Assembly: GCA_030141605.1 (NCBI GenBank)
Contig: JAQGDQ010000072.1
Span: 248,001-312,000 of the forward strand
From: Tubiluchus corallicola
Taxonomy: Eukaryota > Animalia > Priapulida
Reading direction: 5' to 3'
Length of the DNA stretch: 64,000 nucleotides
A program made the position numbers and the translations under genes. Of the stretch, positions 1-13,500 are shown piece by piece. How positions within the stretch are numbered: the first letter of the stretch is position 1; every line of letters starts with the position of its first letter. The notes beneath the pieces were generated by a model, which ran no database searches, had not been told where the DNA came from, and saw nothing but the letters and a program-made list of their open reading frames with translations.

Positions 1-150
1 ACTTCATCCTGCAGAAAGCTTAGCAATTCCTCGGTTTTGCAGCTGGTTTTATCGATGCGAGCATTAAAATCTTCGGCCAAAATAATTGGCTTATAAATAA
101 TATATCTGGCAGCTCCTCGAAGGCTTTCGAAAGCATAGCAATTATGTTTT
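1..150 (-). mobile_element. Decayed non-LTR retrotransposon APE-endonuclease fragment running off the window start
   Basis: The minus strand translates to ...KPIILAEDFNARIDKTSCKTEELLSFLQDE, resembling the APE 'I..GDFNA' motif. In-frame stops lie upstream. Confidence 0.5.
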
Positions 151-1427
151 GCGTAGACCATGTTGGAGAGAGGTTTAATTTTTAGGTTGGATTAACAGCT
201 AGGTTGCTTTGAGTAAGTTTACTAATAGTTGTTTGACTCTTACTGAATCTTGATTAGTTTGGCATCCATTATCGAAAATGTTAATAGAACAAAGATTACA
301 GATCGAATCATGGATGTTATAATAAAGTAATTATAAAATTAAATTTTATAATCAAGAAGAGATTTGAAGAAAATCTTAATCCAAAATTTGAACGATATGT
401 GAAGGAACTCGCAGATATTCAAAAGCGCTTCTGGATTCTAATTTTCTTCAAACGAGTCTTGATAAAAGAATTATGTTTTCAGTTACGTTAATAAACAGAT
501 ATTTCGCATCCCACTGTGGGTTGCTTCTTCAGTGTAATATCAGCAGCAATATGAAAATATACCTTGAAATAAAAATAAAATAAAATACAGAAATGTGCCC
601 TCCATATAACCGGTATTGCTGTTACAGAAACTTTAATGTGACAATTACATTGACAATAATAAGGTAAATAAGTAAATAACAAATTGTCTTATAATAAAGT
701 TATAAACACATCGAGAGCAAAGAACTGAAGGGTTGAACATGAACCAGATCCGACCAAACTGATAATAATCATAATTCTACATTCTGACGAGCCGGCCTCC
801 CCGACCTCCGTGGGTTAAAGTAACAAGCTGAGCTTAGGTCCATTTCACAGTGAGAAAGCGCGGCAAAATTCCTCGAGGAATTTTTCCTTGCGGCATTCCT
901 CAAGAAAATGGAATACATTGTTTTCTATGGCGCATGGTAGAAATATTGCATGTTCCACGCGAGGGTTCCTCGCGGAATTCAGATTAAAATTTAACTACTC
1001 AATTACTTACTTCTCGCTTAAGGAACAACAATTAACATATTTCAGCATGTAAGTAGAAGATTTAATTTCGATTTTAACATATAGAGGATTCTATGTTTTA
1101 TTAATGCAGACAACTATTATGGCACTAACTTCATATCAGTTTAAACAAAAAGCAGATATAATCGTTACGATTTTCATTGAAATTATGAAGCGTGACTCGG
1201 AGAAGACTTACAAGAGGTTAGAGTTCGTTACCTCAAGGTTAGCAACAGCTTCCTTAGAAGTCAAAGCAGTTTCTGAAGTTTACATCTTTTTTGCAATCGA
1301 GTCCTGCAGCAATGCTAATAACTCGTCGAAAGTGTCCGGAGTCATGCTAGCGTAACTGTAAAAAAATTTTCCGAGCTTCTCTCCAATGGCCATATTAAGT
1401 TGCAACAACACCACGACACTAGTTTTG

Positions 1428-1676
1428 TTATTATTATTATTTTTATTATTATTGTTATTACTACTATTATTATTATTATTATTATTATTATTGTTATTGT
1501 TATTGTTATTGTTATTGTTATTGTTATTGTTATTGTTATTGTTATTGTTATTGTTATTGTTATTGTTATTGTTATTGTTATTGTTATTGTTATTGTTATT
1601 GTTATTGTTATTGTTATTGTTATTGTTATTGTTATTGTTATTGTTATTGTTATTGTTATTGTTATTGTTATTGTTA

Positions 1677-1712
<36 letters not shown>
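1428..1712. repeat. Compound microsatellite (ATT)n/(ATTGTT)n
   Basis: Directly visible. It generates the poly-L, IV and IT ORFs in the track. Confidence 0.98.
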
Positions 1713-1713
<1 letters not shown>

Positions 1714-1769
1714 TAAAATTAGCACTGCGCCATTAATTACAAATAGTATTCTATGACGCCTGATAATAA

Positions 1770-2060
1770 AAATAACATTATAGTTAAAATTTAAACAGAT
1801 TACGTTAAACCAGTGAATTTAAACTTGACCTAGTGTATAGTGTAGACAATATGATATTGTACAATAGTTGTAGCAGACATAGTTAGAAAAGGCTAAACTG
1901 TACAGAAGAGTTTTAAGTTTTTTCTTGAACGTGTTAAATTTAGTGCAACAACACAAATCAAATGGGAGTTTTGTTCCAGTTCTCTGGGACCAGTTACAGA
2001 AAAAGATCTGTCTGCGAAAGCTTTAAACTGATTAAAGGATACTTCTAGAATTCCTCTTTA
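1770..2060 (-). mobile_element. Decayed L2/CR1-type LINE 3' fragment
   Basis: The minus strand gives 'AFADRSFSVTGPR..WN' and 'FKKKLKTLL'-like segments typical of the L2/CR1 ORF2 C-terminus. Confidence 0.5.
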
Positions 2061-2454
2061 GAAGAAGAAGAAACACCCATATGAAATCGTGGGCGATGAT
2101 TACTAAACAGCGAAACTTTAAAAACATTTTGTTAAATTTCTCATTAAATACACACCTGGATAATGTTGATTATAACTATCTAGATAATATCCGTAAATGA
2201 AGATACGTAAAAAACAAAACATACGGTCGGGCAACCCACATATTCGAGTTGCTACTGTAAGACGTGTCTGATTTTATATAAATGCTTTGTTTCAATAAAG
2301 TATTCATTCTGTCTGAACCTACATGCTCGAGATAGTTTAACTGGTTTTAAAATATTTTAGTGTTTGAAGTTTGCAATTATACAGTATTAATTAGACTTGC
2401 TGTCTATTTCACAGATCTAGTTGACGTTTTCTGCAGGCAGAGGTTACTCAAAAT

Positions 2455-4509
2455 ATGGCTGAAAATGTTACACATCGACTTCTGCAACTACAGCAAGCTG
2501 CAGACACCTTGGAAACTTCTCAAGCTGCAACAAATAGAAATTGCGATATTTTCTTTCTTCTGCTTAACTCTGCATTTGTATTTTGTAAGCTTTTATTTCT
2601 AACAGTTTTTCTCTTATTGGCGTAATCAGAGGTTTGAAAAGTTCGCATGTCGATTTAACAAGTCAGAACATTGTTACACAATTTGGCAGTTTGCGGACTT
2701 AAGATCAATATTCTTTCATAGATAAAATCTTCTTCTCACCTTTGACAATAATAGCAACATATTTGACGTTTTTAATAGTTATGCAGTGTGGTTTCGCTTT
2801 CTTGGAATGCGGTGCAGTAAGAAGTAAAAACACTACAAATATTTTAACAAAGAACATGATTGACGTGTGTAAGTATACGAATTTTACCGCTTTTATTCTT
2901 TACTTACTTGTAAAAACTACTCGAAAATTTTGGTAGTGGCGAAAGAATTTGGTATTATTTGTAAATCTGTAATCTTCTTTTTATCCACTAACACTAAGTC
3001 ACAGATCTACGAATGCGCAATCATACGCTTATTTTTCATCATTATGTTAGACAAATTCTAATTCACGATAAACTGCAAACACAAAGGATTATAGTCACGA
3101 AACTTACCGTGTAGACACCTTGAAAGTGGTGTGATGAACGGTGACCTCGGTCAAAGGGTCGACTGCACAGGACATTGCTCAGTTTATCGATTGTCATTCA
3201 ATCCCAGGACTTTGAGTTAATTATTTACTTTTTTCAAAAGTTTTAAGTACTTCAGCTTTTAAAGGGCTGGAATAAAGTTTGGCTGAAGCATTAACAGCTC
3301 GAGATAGGAGCAAAAATGCACAACATTGAATAATTCTAAAACAGTGAGTAACTAAAGTCACAAAACCTACAGGGTAGACACCTGGGAAAGGGGCTCAGGC
3401 AATAGAATAGTTAAGCAGGCTGGATTTGCTTAAGGGCTCCTGAAAAAAAGCCAAAATGTGGAAGCTAGTTAACTCAACAAACGAGGACTATAGTGATGAA
3501 ATCTGCAGAGCGGACGCAATTGTTCGAACCTACAACTACACGTGGTGAGTGGTGACCTCGATCGAAGAGGTCAAAGACAACTAGATATTGGTCAGTTTTT
3601 CGATTATTATTTAACTCCTACTAAGATACTGAGTTAACTCAAATTTTAAATGCCTAAATAGGAGCCAAAGCGCACAACATCGAGTAATTGGAGTCACAAA
3701 ACCTACATGATAGGCACCTGGAGCAGTAACTCCGACAATTGTATGATTAGAAAACTTGGAATGGTTTAATAACGGGAGATAGGAGCCAAAATGTAAAAAT
3801 TGGGGCATTGAGTTTTAATTCAAGTTAACTCGCCAACGCAGAGGGTTACAGTCACGAAGTTTGCGAACGGCCAAGAAATTAGAATGGTGGATAGTGACCT
3901 CAATCAAACTTTAAGGACGTTGGATATCAATCAGTTTTCTGATTGTCATTCAACTTCATGTTAACACCACGGCCTTCGAGTTAAATTCATTTTTTCACTA
4001 TTATTTAAGTGTTGTGATAATTATTGTCTACAACTATAGTCTACAACCACACTCGATCCGATATAGTCAGGCTCGCTAACGTTTACGCTCGCGGCTTTGG
4101 ATCTAAATTCCTTCAGTCTGGTTTAGGGTACATTAAACAACAGTTTATCAATAAATCACTTATTTGATAAAGTAAAGAGTTATGCCTCGTTAGTAAGTTC
4201 TTTCCTGCGCTGCAGTTGTTTCAGGAATGGCTTACTGGGCAACTGGATACGCATTTGCATATGGAAAAGGAAACGCGTTTATTGGATACCACTACAAGTA
4301 TTTCTTCTCTGGAACCGAAGACATCCCTCGCTGGTTCTTCCAATTCGTCTATGCAACCACTGCGTGTACCATTGTTTCCGGTGCTGTAGCTGAACGTTGT
4401 GCTTTTGAAGCTTATCTAATATACAGCGTCGCTATAACAAGTAAACAACATTTGTCCATATACATATATCGTATAATTATATATATATATATAATATATA
4501 TATATAGTT

Positions 4510-4548
<39 letters not shown>

Positions 4549-4549
4549 G

Positions 4550-4592
<43 letters not shown>

Positions 4593-7500
4593 TATAATAT
4601 AATATACATATATATAATTATAGTTATCGTGTTATAACATGCCTTATCGGTGTTTTTACTTGATATTAATCTAAGCTAGGTGCTGCCGAATGGATGTTGA
4701 TGTGATTGTAAAAATGGTGGGCTCTGAGATTTGTAATCATTAAAATGAATTTGTAGGCAGCAATGTATGATGTGCAAACTTCCCGTCTTGCTTCATGAAA
4801 ACGTAATTATAAGGCCTGTTTTGTTAAGAAGGGAAGGCGAGCAGTTAGTCAACGGCTATTGAAAAGGCTGGGTTAATAAAACCGTATTCAGCATTGTTTT
4901 AGGAAAAAGTGTAATTATTAGTAACACAGAAATAATTATGGTTTATGTTAAGACGGTTATGATAATTATAATTATAATTGTAAGATGTGTTAAAACTGTA
5001 TTAATATGAAGTGATGTGAAACAATTTACCCTGTCATAGTTTCAAAAAAAACTAAACACATAACGATAAACGATAAATTTGCTCAGATTAGAAGCTTGAA
5101 CCATCGGCAACCGTCTTTAGACGTCGGTTCGAACTTAGAATGCTTCAAAAATGGTACATATTTTTTGCAACCCATGTTTAAAATGGTGTATAATGTCAAG
5201 AACTAATATGAAGTTTCTTTGGGACAGCAAAATACTACTTAAGTTACTACACTGTGTGTGTTGAAAATTGGCACTAACTGCAGTTTAGCGGAGGGTGAAG
5301 AGCAGCCATGCAAGAGCCTCCTCCAATCTTTGATTCTAGCAGCTGCAATTAGTTTATTCCACAATTTTTAAACACAGAAGATCAGTTCAACGTGAACTCA
5401 TGCAATACAGGAAAATACTAATTCGCGGATAAAACATGTAAAACATGTTTACACAGCCTTGTTGTTTCACAAATTTTAAAACTGAAATTTTACATGCAGG
5501 TTTCATATATCCTGTGGTAACGCATTGGTGCTGGTCGCAATGGGGGTGGTTACACAAAGGCATCTATTATGGAGACACAAACATTTCATATGCGGTACGT
5601 AATACACTCCACTTAACCAAAGTTAAACTTATTGATATAGTTCGCATCTGTAAACTTAACAGGCCAAATAAGCCGTTTGACAGTCAAAGCATTCATTTCA
5701 AGAATTTAATTATTGTTCGACAGTGGGGAAAAACGAGAGAAATGAAAGAAATGCTTTTGTTTTCTTATGTGGAAGATTTAAGTACGGGAAGCTTAAATAG
5801 CCATTTTTATATTTAAGTACACATAAACATTTCTAAAGTTGCATAATTATGTTTAACGCGACTCACACTAGTTATCTGGAACATTTTAGCGGTTTTAAGC
5901 TAATGACCGCAAGAACAGGCTAAGACCGTACGCATTTTGTCTGCTGAACAACCACTGTGCCTTGATGCAGAAATAATAAAATTCTATGGTAAGGTTTCTA
6001 AGTCTTCAAAATGCAGGAAATGTATACAGAGCTAATCCGGCCCTGAGCTGTATGCGACTGAAACCGAAACAAGGGACAATAAAACATACCTACTTCCGTG
6101 AGTAGTGACAGTTAATATCACAGACTATTTACCAATTAAATCATTGTTATAGTCTATTTGAAAACATATTAGGCTTTTACTAATCTTGTGCCTTCGTGCA
6201 TGCGTTACCATCTTTTTTTTATTTAACATGAATAACAATCACGTTGATGTTTGAATGCTAAAAAGTACTGTTGTTGTAAGGGAATTTTATTATTTGATAT
6301 GTTCAAAATATGTGTATTTTTATAATCACATTTGACTGCTGCCTGAGGTTTGGGCTGATACGAGGGCTCTATGATGAATATTACTTGAAATATTACCGGA
6401 TAGTGTAATACATAAAAAATTTGATGATGATGTCATGAAGGCATGGTGAACACGTTTAACGTTTAGAAAAAACCACTGAAAGGGTTAATTTCACATTAAA
6501 AGTGAAATGGACATTACAAATTATACGCAACTAAAAACCAGTAGTCGGGAACCTTCGTTAAGGAGGGGCAGTTAACCAAGCACACAAGCTCATCAACCTG
6601 CAAGGCTGAGAATCCCGAATAACTCATGTCAACTCGTAGTTGTGACAACTCGTAAGTGTAAAAATGGAGTATATGCTATGCAGGGAGTACATCTGGCAAA
6701 TATCTTCGCCGCAAACATTTCAACGGGCTAAATAGCGATACGTGTGTGAACAGCACAGCAAGATCAGAGGTAATTAGTTTAGATCAAAGTGGTGCTAATA
6801 GCATAACAATTTCTAACTCAACGGAAAGCATACCAGAAATCACCCATATTTTTTATCAATATCACTGAAATTGCATTATTAACAACACCGAAACTTTCTG
6901 CTCGTGATGTAAAATCATATCAAGGTGTCTCGACAGATGAGCCTAGTGACTTACAGAATGCGTTACATAGGATTGTAAATTGGGCCACACGTGGCAACAG
7001 AAAATCGTTATTAACAAATGCAATGCACTACGAGTCAGGAAAAAATAATCACAGTAATAGCTATTACATTAACAGCTGCGCAATTCCAAGCTCTTCCGTT
7101 GTCAAAGACCTGGGTATGGTATCTCGTGACTTAAAAGCAAAAGCACATATATTGAAAAGTACTAAGTACATTAGTACTAAAAAGAGGAACGTTCTTCTTA
7201 AAGCATTTAAAGTTTATGTGAGGCCTATAATTGAAGATTGCACCCCTTAAAAGGAGCCCGCCATTTTACGGGGATGTAGATAGTGCCTAGAGCCTCAGAC
7301 TACCTAGAACCGGCCCTGAGAACGAATAAAAAAGGTTTGGATGTTTCTTCACCAACCATTTTTGGATGTTGTTCAAGAATTGAATTCCCTACCCAGTTCG
7401 GTAAATGATGCACCTTTGGTCACAGCAAGCAATTCTAAACATTTTAAAAGTAGATTGAAATTTTTGAACTTTGATAAATGGCTTGTGTACGATAGGAGTA

Positions 7501-10500
7501 TGTAAGTAGCTCGTCTCTTTACGTTTCTCCCCACATTCATGTTTTTAGTATTTTATCATTTATTTTTAATGCGTTTTTAATGATTGTGAAACAAAATATA
7601 AAATAACAAAAGACACTGATAAATTAAGTATTTCAGGATTTTGCTGGAAGTGGCGTGGTACATGTTGTTGGAGGAACATGTTCTTTTGTAGGCGCTGCTT
7701 TCTTAGGTCCTCGCATAGGAAGATTCCAGGGTAAAAATATTCAACACATTCGTGGTCACAGCGTTCCAGTGAGTATAACTGGCTTGACTACTGTATTAAT
7801 AAATTTAAAAACTTTCTAAATTCAGTAATTTAAATGGATAAAGACTAAGATTGACATTTTTGCTCAGAATTGAAATTTTGTAGATATCCAAGACGTGTCA
7901 AAACTGTGCAGTAGTTCTGAAATCCATACAAAAATTCTTGCCAATTAAGATTTTACGTATTTCAACGGTTGTAATATAATCTCTTAAATACCTAAATGTG
8001 AAAACAAAATATCGTCCTTGTCACGTGGCGTCGGTTTGTTTTAAGCTTTTTGTTTTTATAATGAATCGCATATATATCATTATTTTTCTTTTACAGCTTG
8101 CTGCTTTGGGTGGGTTCATTTTACTGCTGGGTTTCTTGATGTTCAATGGAGGATCTCAAGCCAGTATAACACAGCCAGGAGATGGCGAAATAGTGGCTCG
8201 TGCTATGGTAATTATCATTTTCACGTAGCTTTCTAAAATAATACGGTATCATTTGGGAATAACAGTAAAATGATTTAGCATTAAAGTTCAGCAATGTACT
8301 GATACCGATTATAAATACAGAATTAACTGGTGATTACAGACAAATTAAAAAATGGGTAACTTACTAAGAACAAACTTTCTTGTAAAAAAACTTCTGTAAA
8401 ATGTTGTATAGACTGATTACGTGTTCATTCAATTCGAATAAGTCAAGTGATGTTAATAAAAACCAATAAGTAATCTTGAAATTAACATTATTGTTTTGTT
8501 GGGTAAATAGTGAATAGCAAGAAAGGAATTTACTTGCTACTATATACATTAGAATGATATACATACGTAAACTAACAGCAAAACAACGTTAATAATACGA
8601 CAATGTTGCATTATAGCGACGGTAGCAAGAAAATTTAATGATAATTGAATACGACGAAAAATAAATGAACAAACCAATGAGCAATTGAGTTTTTGGTACC
8701 GGTTAGTAACTTAGACGCGCCAGTCCTAGTACAATTATAACACGTCTGTAAAACCTATTTATAGTTCACTCACCCAAATTTCTATACTTGTGCGTTTACA
8801 TTATAAAATATACGCAGTCGCCTATTGTTAATGATTGCTTGTTTTTAGTGGCAGCTATAAGTGGGCTCACGTGAGTCACCAGCACGCATTATCATTGGCT
8901 GTTAATTATGAGAATGACAACCGATACTTATGGACTAGCTTGATCGCCAAACTTGAAAACTTCCACATCTTCAAATTTCACTGTCATTCTCTGCGTCCAC
9001 ACGGTCCTTCGCCATTGATGCGTGTGGCCGGTCTATAATATTAGTACTGCAACGTTTACTTCACTTTGTGAATGAATAATTACATTTTTTCTAGATGAAC
9101 ACAGTGATAAGTGGCAGTAGTGCCGCATTCACAGGATTACTGGTTGTCAAACTATTTACAAATCACAAGTGGAGCCTGTTAATTTCACTTAACGTTGCCC
9201 TAACTGGAATGGTAAGGAAATTTCGAATGAGTTTCATTTGTCACCAAGACAATGCTTTCAGAAGTGACGTCCGATTTGAGTGTGATGACGTTACAAAAGA
9301 AACACTACCAGAACTAGCGCGCAACTTAAGCCCTTTTCGTCGTGAAAGCTTACCCTAAAACAAGAAATTGAGAATTTTACAAACTTTTATCTCGAAAAAA
9401 TTAATAGTGAACACAGAGAATGTTATATTATGGATGATATGAACTTAAATATTCTTGACTATGAAACTAATGAGGTGATTTTTAACTACGTAAATATGAT
9501 ATGGTCAAACTCATATAAGTCATTAATTACGAAGCCAACCAGAATTATGGCAAACCAAAACCCGTCATGTCTAGACCACATCTTCACTAACAACCTTCAG
9601 TTAAAAATAATCCTTTATGATATAAGCGACCATTTTGGGTTTTCTGTGTTTTTAACAAGAAAAATTGTAATGATTCAGTTAATATGCCTATTGTTATGAA
9701 TTCATTTTAGAATGTTAAATCATTCATTAGAAAGATAAAATTAAAATCAATTAATGAGTAATTAGCATCTGAACGAAGATTATTCCGTTCAGAGAAAATG
9801 ACTCACCTAGGTTATATCTTGAATTTAATGTACGTATGAAAACATTTCGGACAACTGATTAATAATGGAAAATCAAGTAATAAGCAGATTAAGATGTAAC
9901 CACAGAATGAACTCCATGAAAATTAAGAGGCGGTTGGCCTATATTGATTCGGAAGCATATGAAATTTAAGAGGTTGTTTGAAGCTCGTTAACAGAGTCCA
10001 CGGGGCAGCCTAGCTAATTAATTGTTCCCCATTGTTCATGATTAAGAATACGGTTATCCGAAACTCGATCGTGTGAACAAGACACAAGCTCCTAACCAAT
10101 TTAGTAAACGTTAATGAGGGCTGAAAGTAGGGCTATGTATTTTGGAACAGAGACATTATGGGACCTTGTCCCACTGATAGTAAAAGGTATCAAGGCACTG
10201 AAAAAGTCGAGATGCCTAGGTGGTCAAATCAGTAGAGCACTCAGGAGTCAGATAGCTCTGATGACCAGCCACGGAGTGTGTCTTGTCACGTGACCAGAGG
10301 TTCACAAGGACAGTACAACAAGAATCGAGGCTGCTGTTGTCTTGATTTTGGTCGATGTCAAGTAGGTGACGGGGTGGACTCTCAGCCAGGAAACTCTGAA
10401 GGTAGGAGATCGTTTCTTTTGCTCAGCGTGGAGTGAACATCTGCGTCATTGGAACACCAACCTCTGAAGGTTAGAACGGCTCATGCTAGGAACAGGACTT

Positions 10501-13500
10501 GGCCAATTGAAGGAACTTGTAAGATTGGCCAGTCCCCGAGTTAAGTAACCTTATTCATTATATAGTTGTTATCAAGTAGTTCGTACTTAACTGTGGACGA
10601 TTGTATTTTACTGAGTAGAGTAACAGTTGTCCTAGAATTGTATAAGATTATATTGAATTGTACAGCGACACTAGAGTCGTGAATTTTGATGAATGATTGT
10701 AAACGCAATACGCGTAGATCTATTAAAAATTGTCATTGTCAAACCGTCAGTTTATAAAACTTGCCTAATCAACAAATCTTGTAAACAGTTGTCAATAGTG
10801 TGTTCACTTAGATTTGTGCGATCTAGTATTGCTTAGAAATCTTGCCAACTCGCAGAGATACTATCTGTCACTCGAACCCACCACGGATCATATTCACATT
10901 GCAACGGCTTATTGCGGAGCCCAGCTAGTAAACTAGGGAGACACAGATTTACTACACAACGTGTATTTCGTGGTCTGAGGTCGCTCTGGTATTCTTCATA
11001 GCCATTCCGACCCAGCCGAAGCTCCCGTAGTCGGGCAATTAATTAATTAACATTAATTGCCTAATTAGCGATCGTACTAACATTTCATAAGTTTGGGTAA
11101 CACTATGTATATTCGTGATTTTAAAAGGCTGTCCACAACAAATTTCAAAAATGACGTATGTATCTCGATGGCAGAATTCTCTGCTGAACTCCAATTGATA
11201 GCTGATCCTGAAAAAATGTATAACAATTTTCAGGATAGGATAATTAAAGCACTTGACAACCACGCCCCATATAGATGTATTAGTCGTAAAGAAGCCAAAC
11301 TAAAAAAGAGGCCATGGATTACCCGTGGAATTTTAAAATCAATTAAAACGAAACGAAACAGTGGCAATGAAAATCAGAAGAGGAAATACAAAAACTATTC
11401 AAACATACTCACCCATATCAAAAAGAAAAGCAAAAAAATGTATTACATGACTGAATTTGAAAATAACATAACTGATATTAAACGTACTTGGAAACTTATT
11501 AATTAAATTGTGAATCGTAAAAGCAAAAACAGTCAAATTTGTTGTGTTATTGAAACTGAAAACGGGTTAATGACATCTCCTAAAGATCTCCTAATAAGTT
11601 TAACGAATATTTTTGTAATATAGGTCCCGAATTGGCCAGTAAGATTCCGTCCACCAATAACTTACTTACTGATTTCTTAGATGCGCCATGTCAGAATATT
11701 TTTAAATTCTGTGAATGTTCTACTGCCGACATAGCTGAAATTATCAAAAACCTTGAATCCAAAAATTCGTGTGGTCTCGATGGGACCAAGTAAAGTACAA
11801 AAATTATGTAAAGAGGAAGCAGCGGCACCATTGGCTACTATCTCCAGTGCTTTTTTTCAAACAGGAATATTTCCTAAAAATCTTAAATGCTCTAAAGTAG
11901 TACCTATTCATAAATCTGAATCTTCCTTAATAACTACGGACCAATATCCATGTTAACCAAATGTGTCAAAAATTATAGAAAAATTAGTATTTAATTAGCT
12001 CACTAACTTTATTAATGAGAATAATATTTTATATGACTAAAAATTTGGCTTTCCTGAAACCCACTCGACCCAGTATGCTTTATTTGAAATTACTGACCGT
12101 ATCTATGAAGCTCTTGATAATAAGAAAATACTGTTTAGTTTATTTATTGATCTAACTAAAGCCTTTGACACAGTTGATTTTGATATTCTTCTGGAAAATT
12201 TATGCTGTTATGATGTCAAAGGTACTGAATTACAGTGGTCGAAAAATTATTTATTTGATAGAGAATAGTATGTTGAAATTCAAAATGTTTGTTCTGAGCC
12301 TAAGAAAATTATTTGTGGTGTACCGCAAGGGTCAATTTTGGGGCCCATGCTTTTTTGCATTACATCAATGATCTGCCTATCATAACCAGATTGCTCAGTT
12401 TTAGATTATTTGCAGACGATGCGAAAATATTTTATTCAAATACTTCTTTAAATGAAATTCAAAACGTCATAAATGCAGAGCTGCCTACGTTAAGTATATG
12501 GTTTCGCACCAATAAATTATCATTAAACCTAAAAAAAACTAGCTATGTTATTTTCAGAGGTCTATTATAAATACTGAAAATTTTAAAGTTTGTCTTAATG
12601 GATGTAATGTAGACGAAAAGGACTATGTTAAATACTTAGGTGTAATTTTAGACAACAAAATGACTTGGAAACAGCATATAACTTATATAAAGGTAAAACT
12701 TGCTCAGTCATCTGGTGCGTTACATAAATTAGGCCTGTCTACTCATGTAGAAACTCTTGTAAAAGTTTACTTTGCTATTGTTTACCCTTATCTTTGCTAT
12801 GGATTATTAAGTTATGGATCTGCTTTTGATACGAATCTCAAACCTCTACAAACTTTAAAAACAAATGTATTAGAACCATTTATAACCTTCCACAATTAAC
12901 AGATCGTGATCTCATGTATTACAGCCATAGATATCTTAGAATTAATGAATTGCATCATCGCGAATGTCTATTGTTTCTGTACAAGTATTATAATGTGCTT
13001 CTTCCTCCTACATTTGTCAATTATTTAACACCTGTTCAACAAATCCGTAACTATTTTACTTGTAGAGCTTTTGGTAACTTTTATCCTCCTGCCATTCACA
13101 CTAGTTACGGTTACCGAAATCCTTCATATACTGCTATCTAACAATGGGCTCAAATTCCTCCTTGGGCAGAAGAACTTCTATTACAACGTTTTAAAAAGCA
13201 TATATTTAATTTGTTACTAACACGTTATCTAACCTGATAATTGGCGCTTTTAAAGACCTCTAATCTCATTTGTCTGCATTATTACCATTAATTGCTTTTA
13301 AGGCTGAATATTGTTTTAACTTTGAACTATTTTGTATGTACTACATGTGTTTACGCAGTCTCGATGTGAGTCTCGAAAGCTCACGCTCCTACTCTCATCG
13401 AGGCTGATTTGTACAATTTCCAAACCGTTTATGTTAGATAGTTTAACGTTTTGTGTTCAAATCAGCCAAATAAAAAACTGTTGAACTGAATTGAATTCAA

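Noticed and set aside
1342-1756. Overlapping poly-Leu, Ile-Val and Ile-Thr ORFs
   Set aside because: These are translations of the (ATT)/(ATTGTT) microsatellite.
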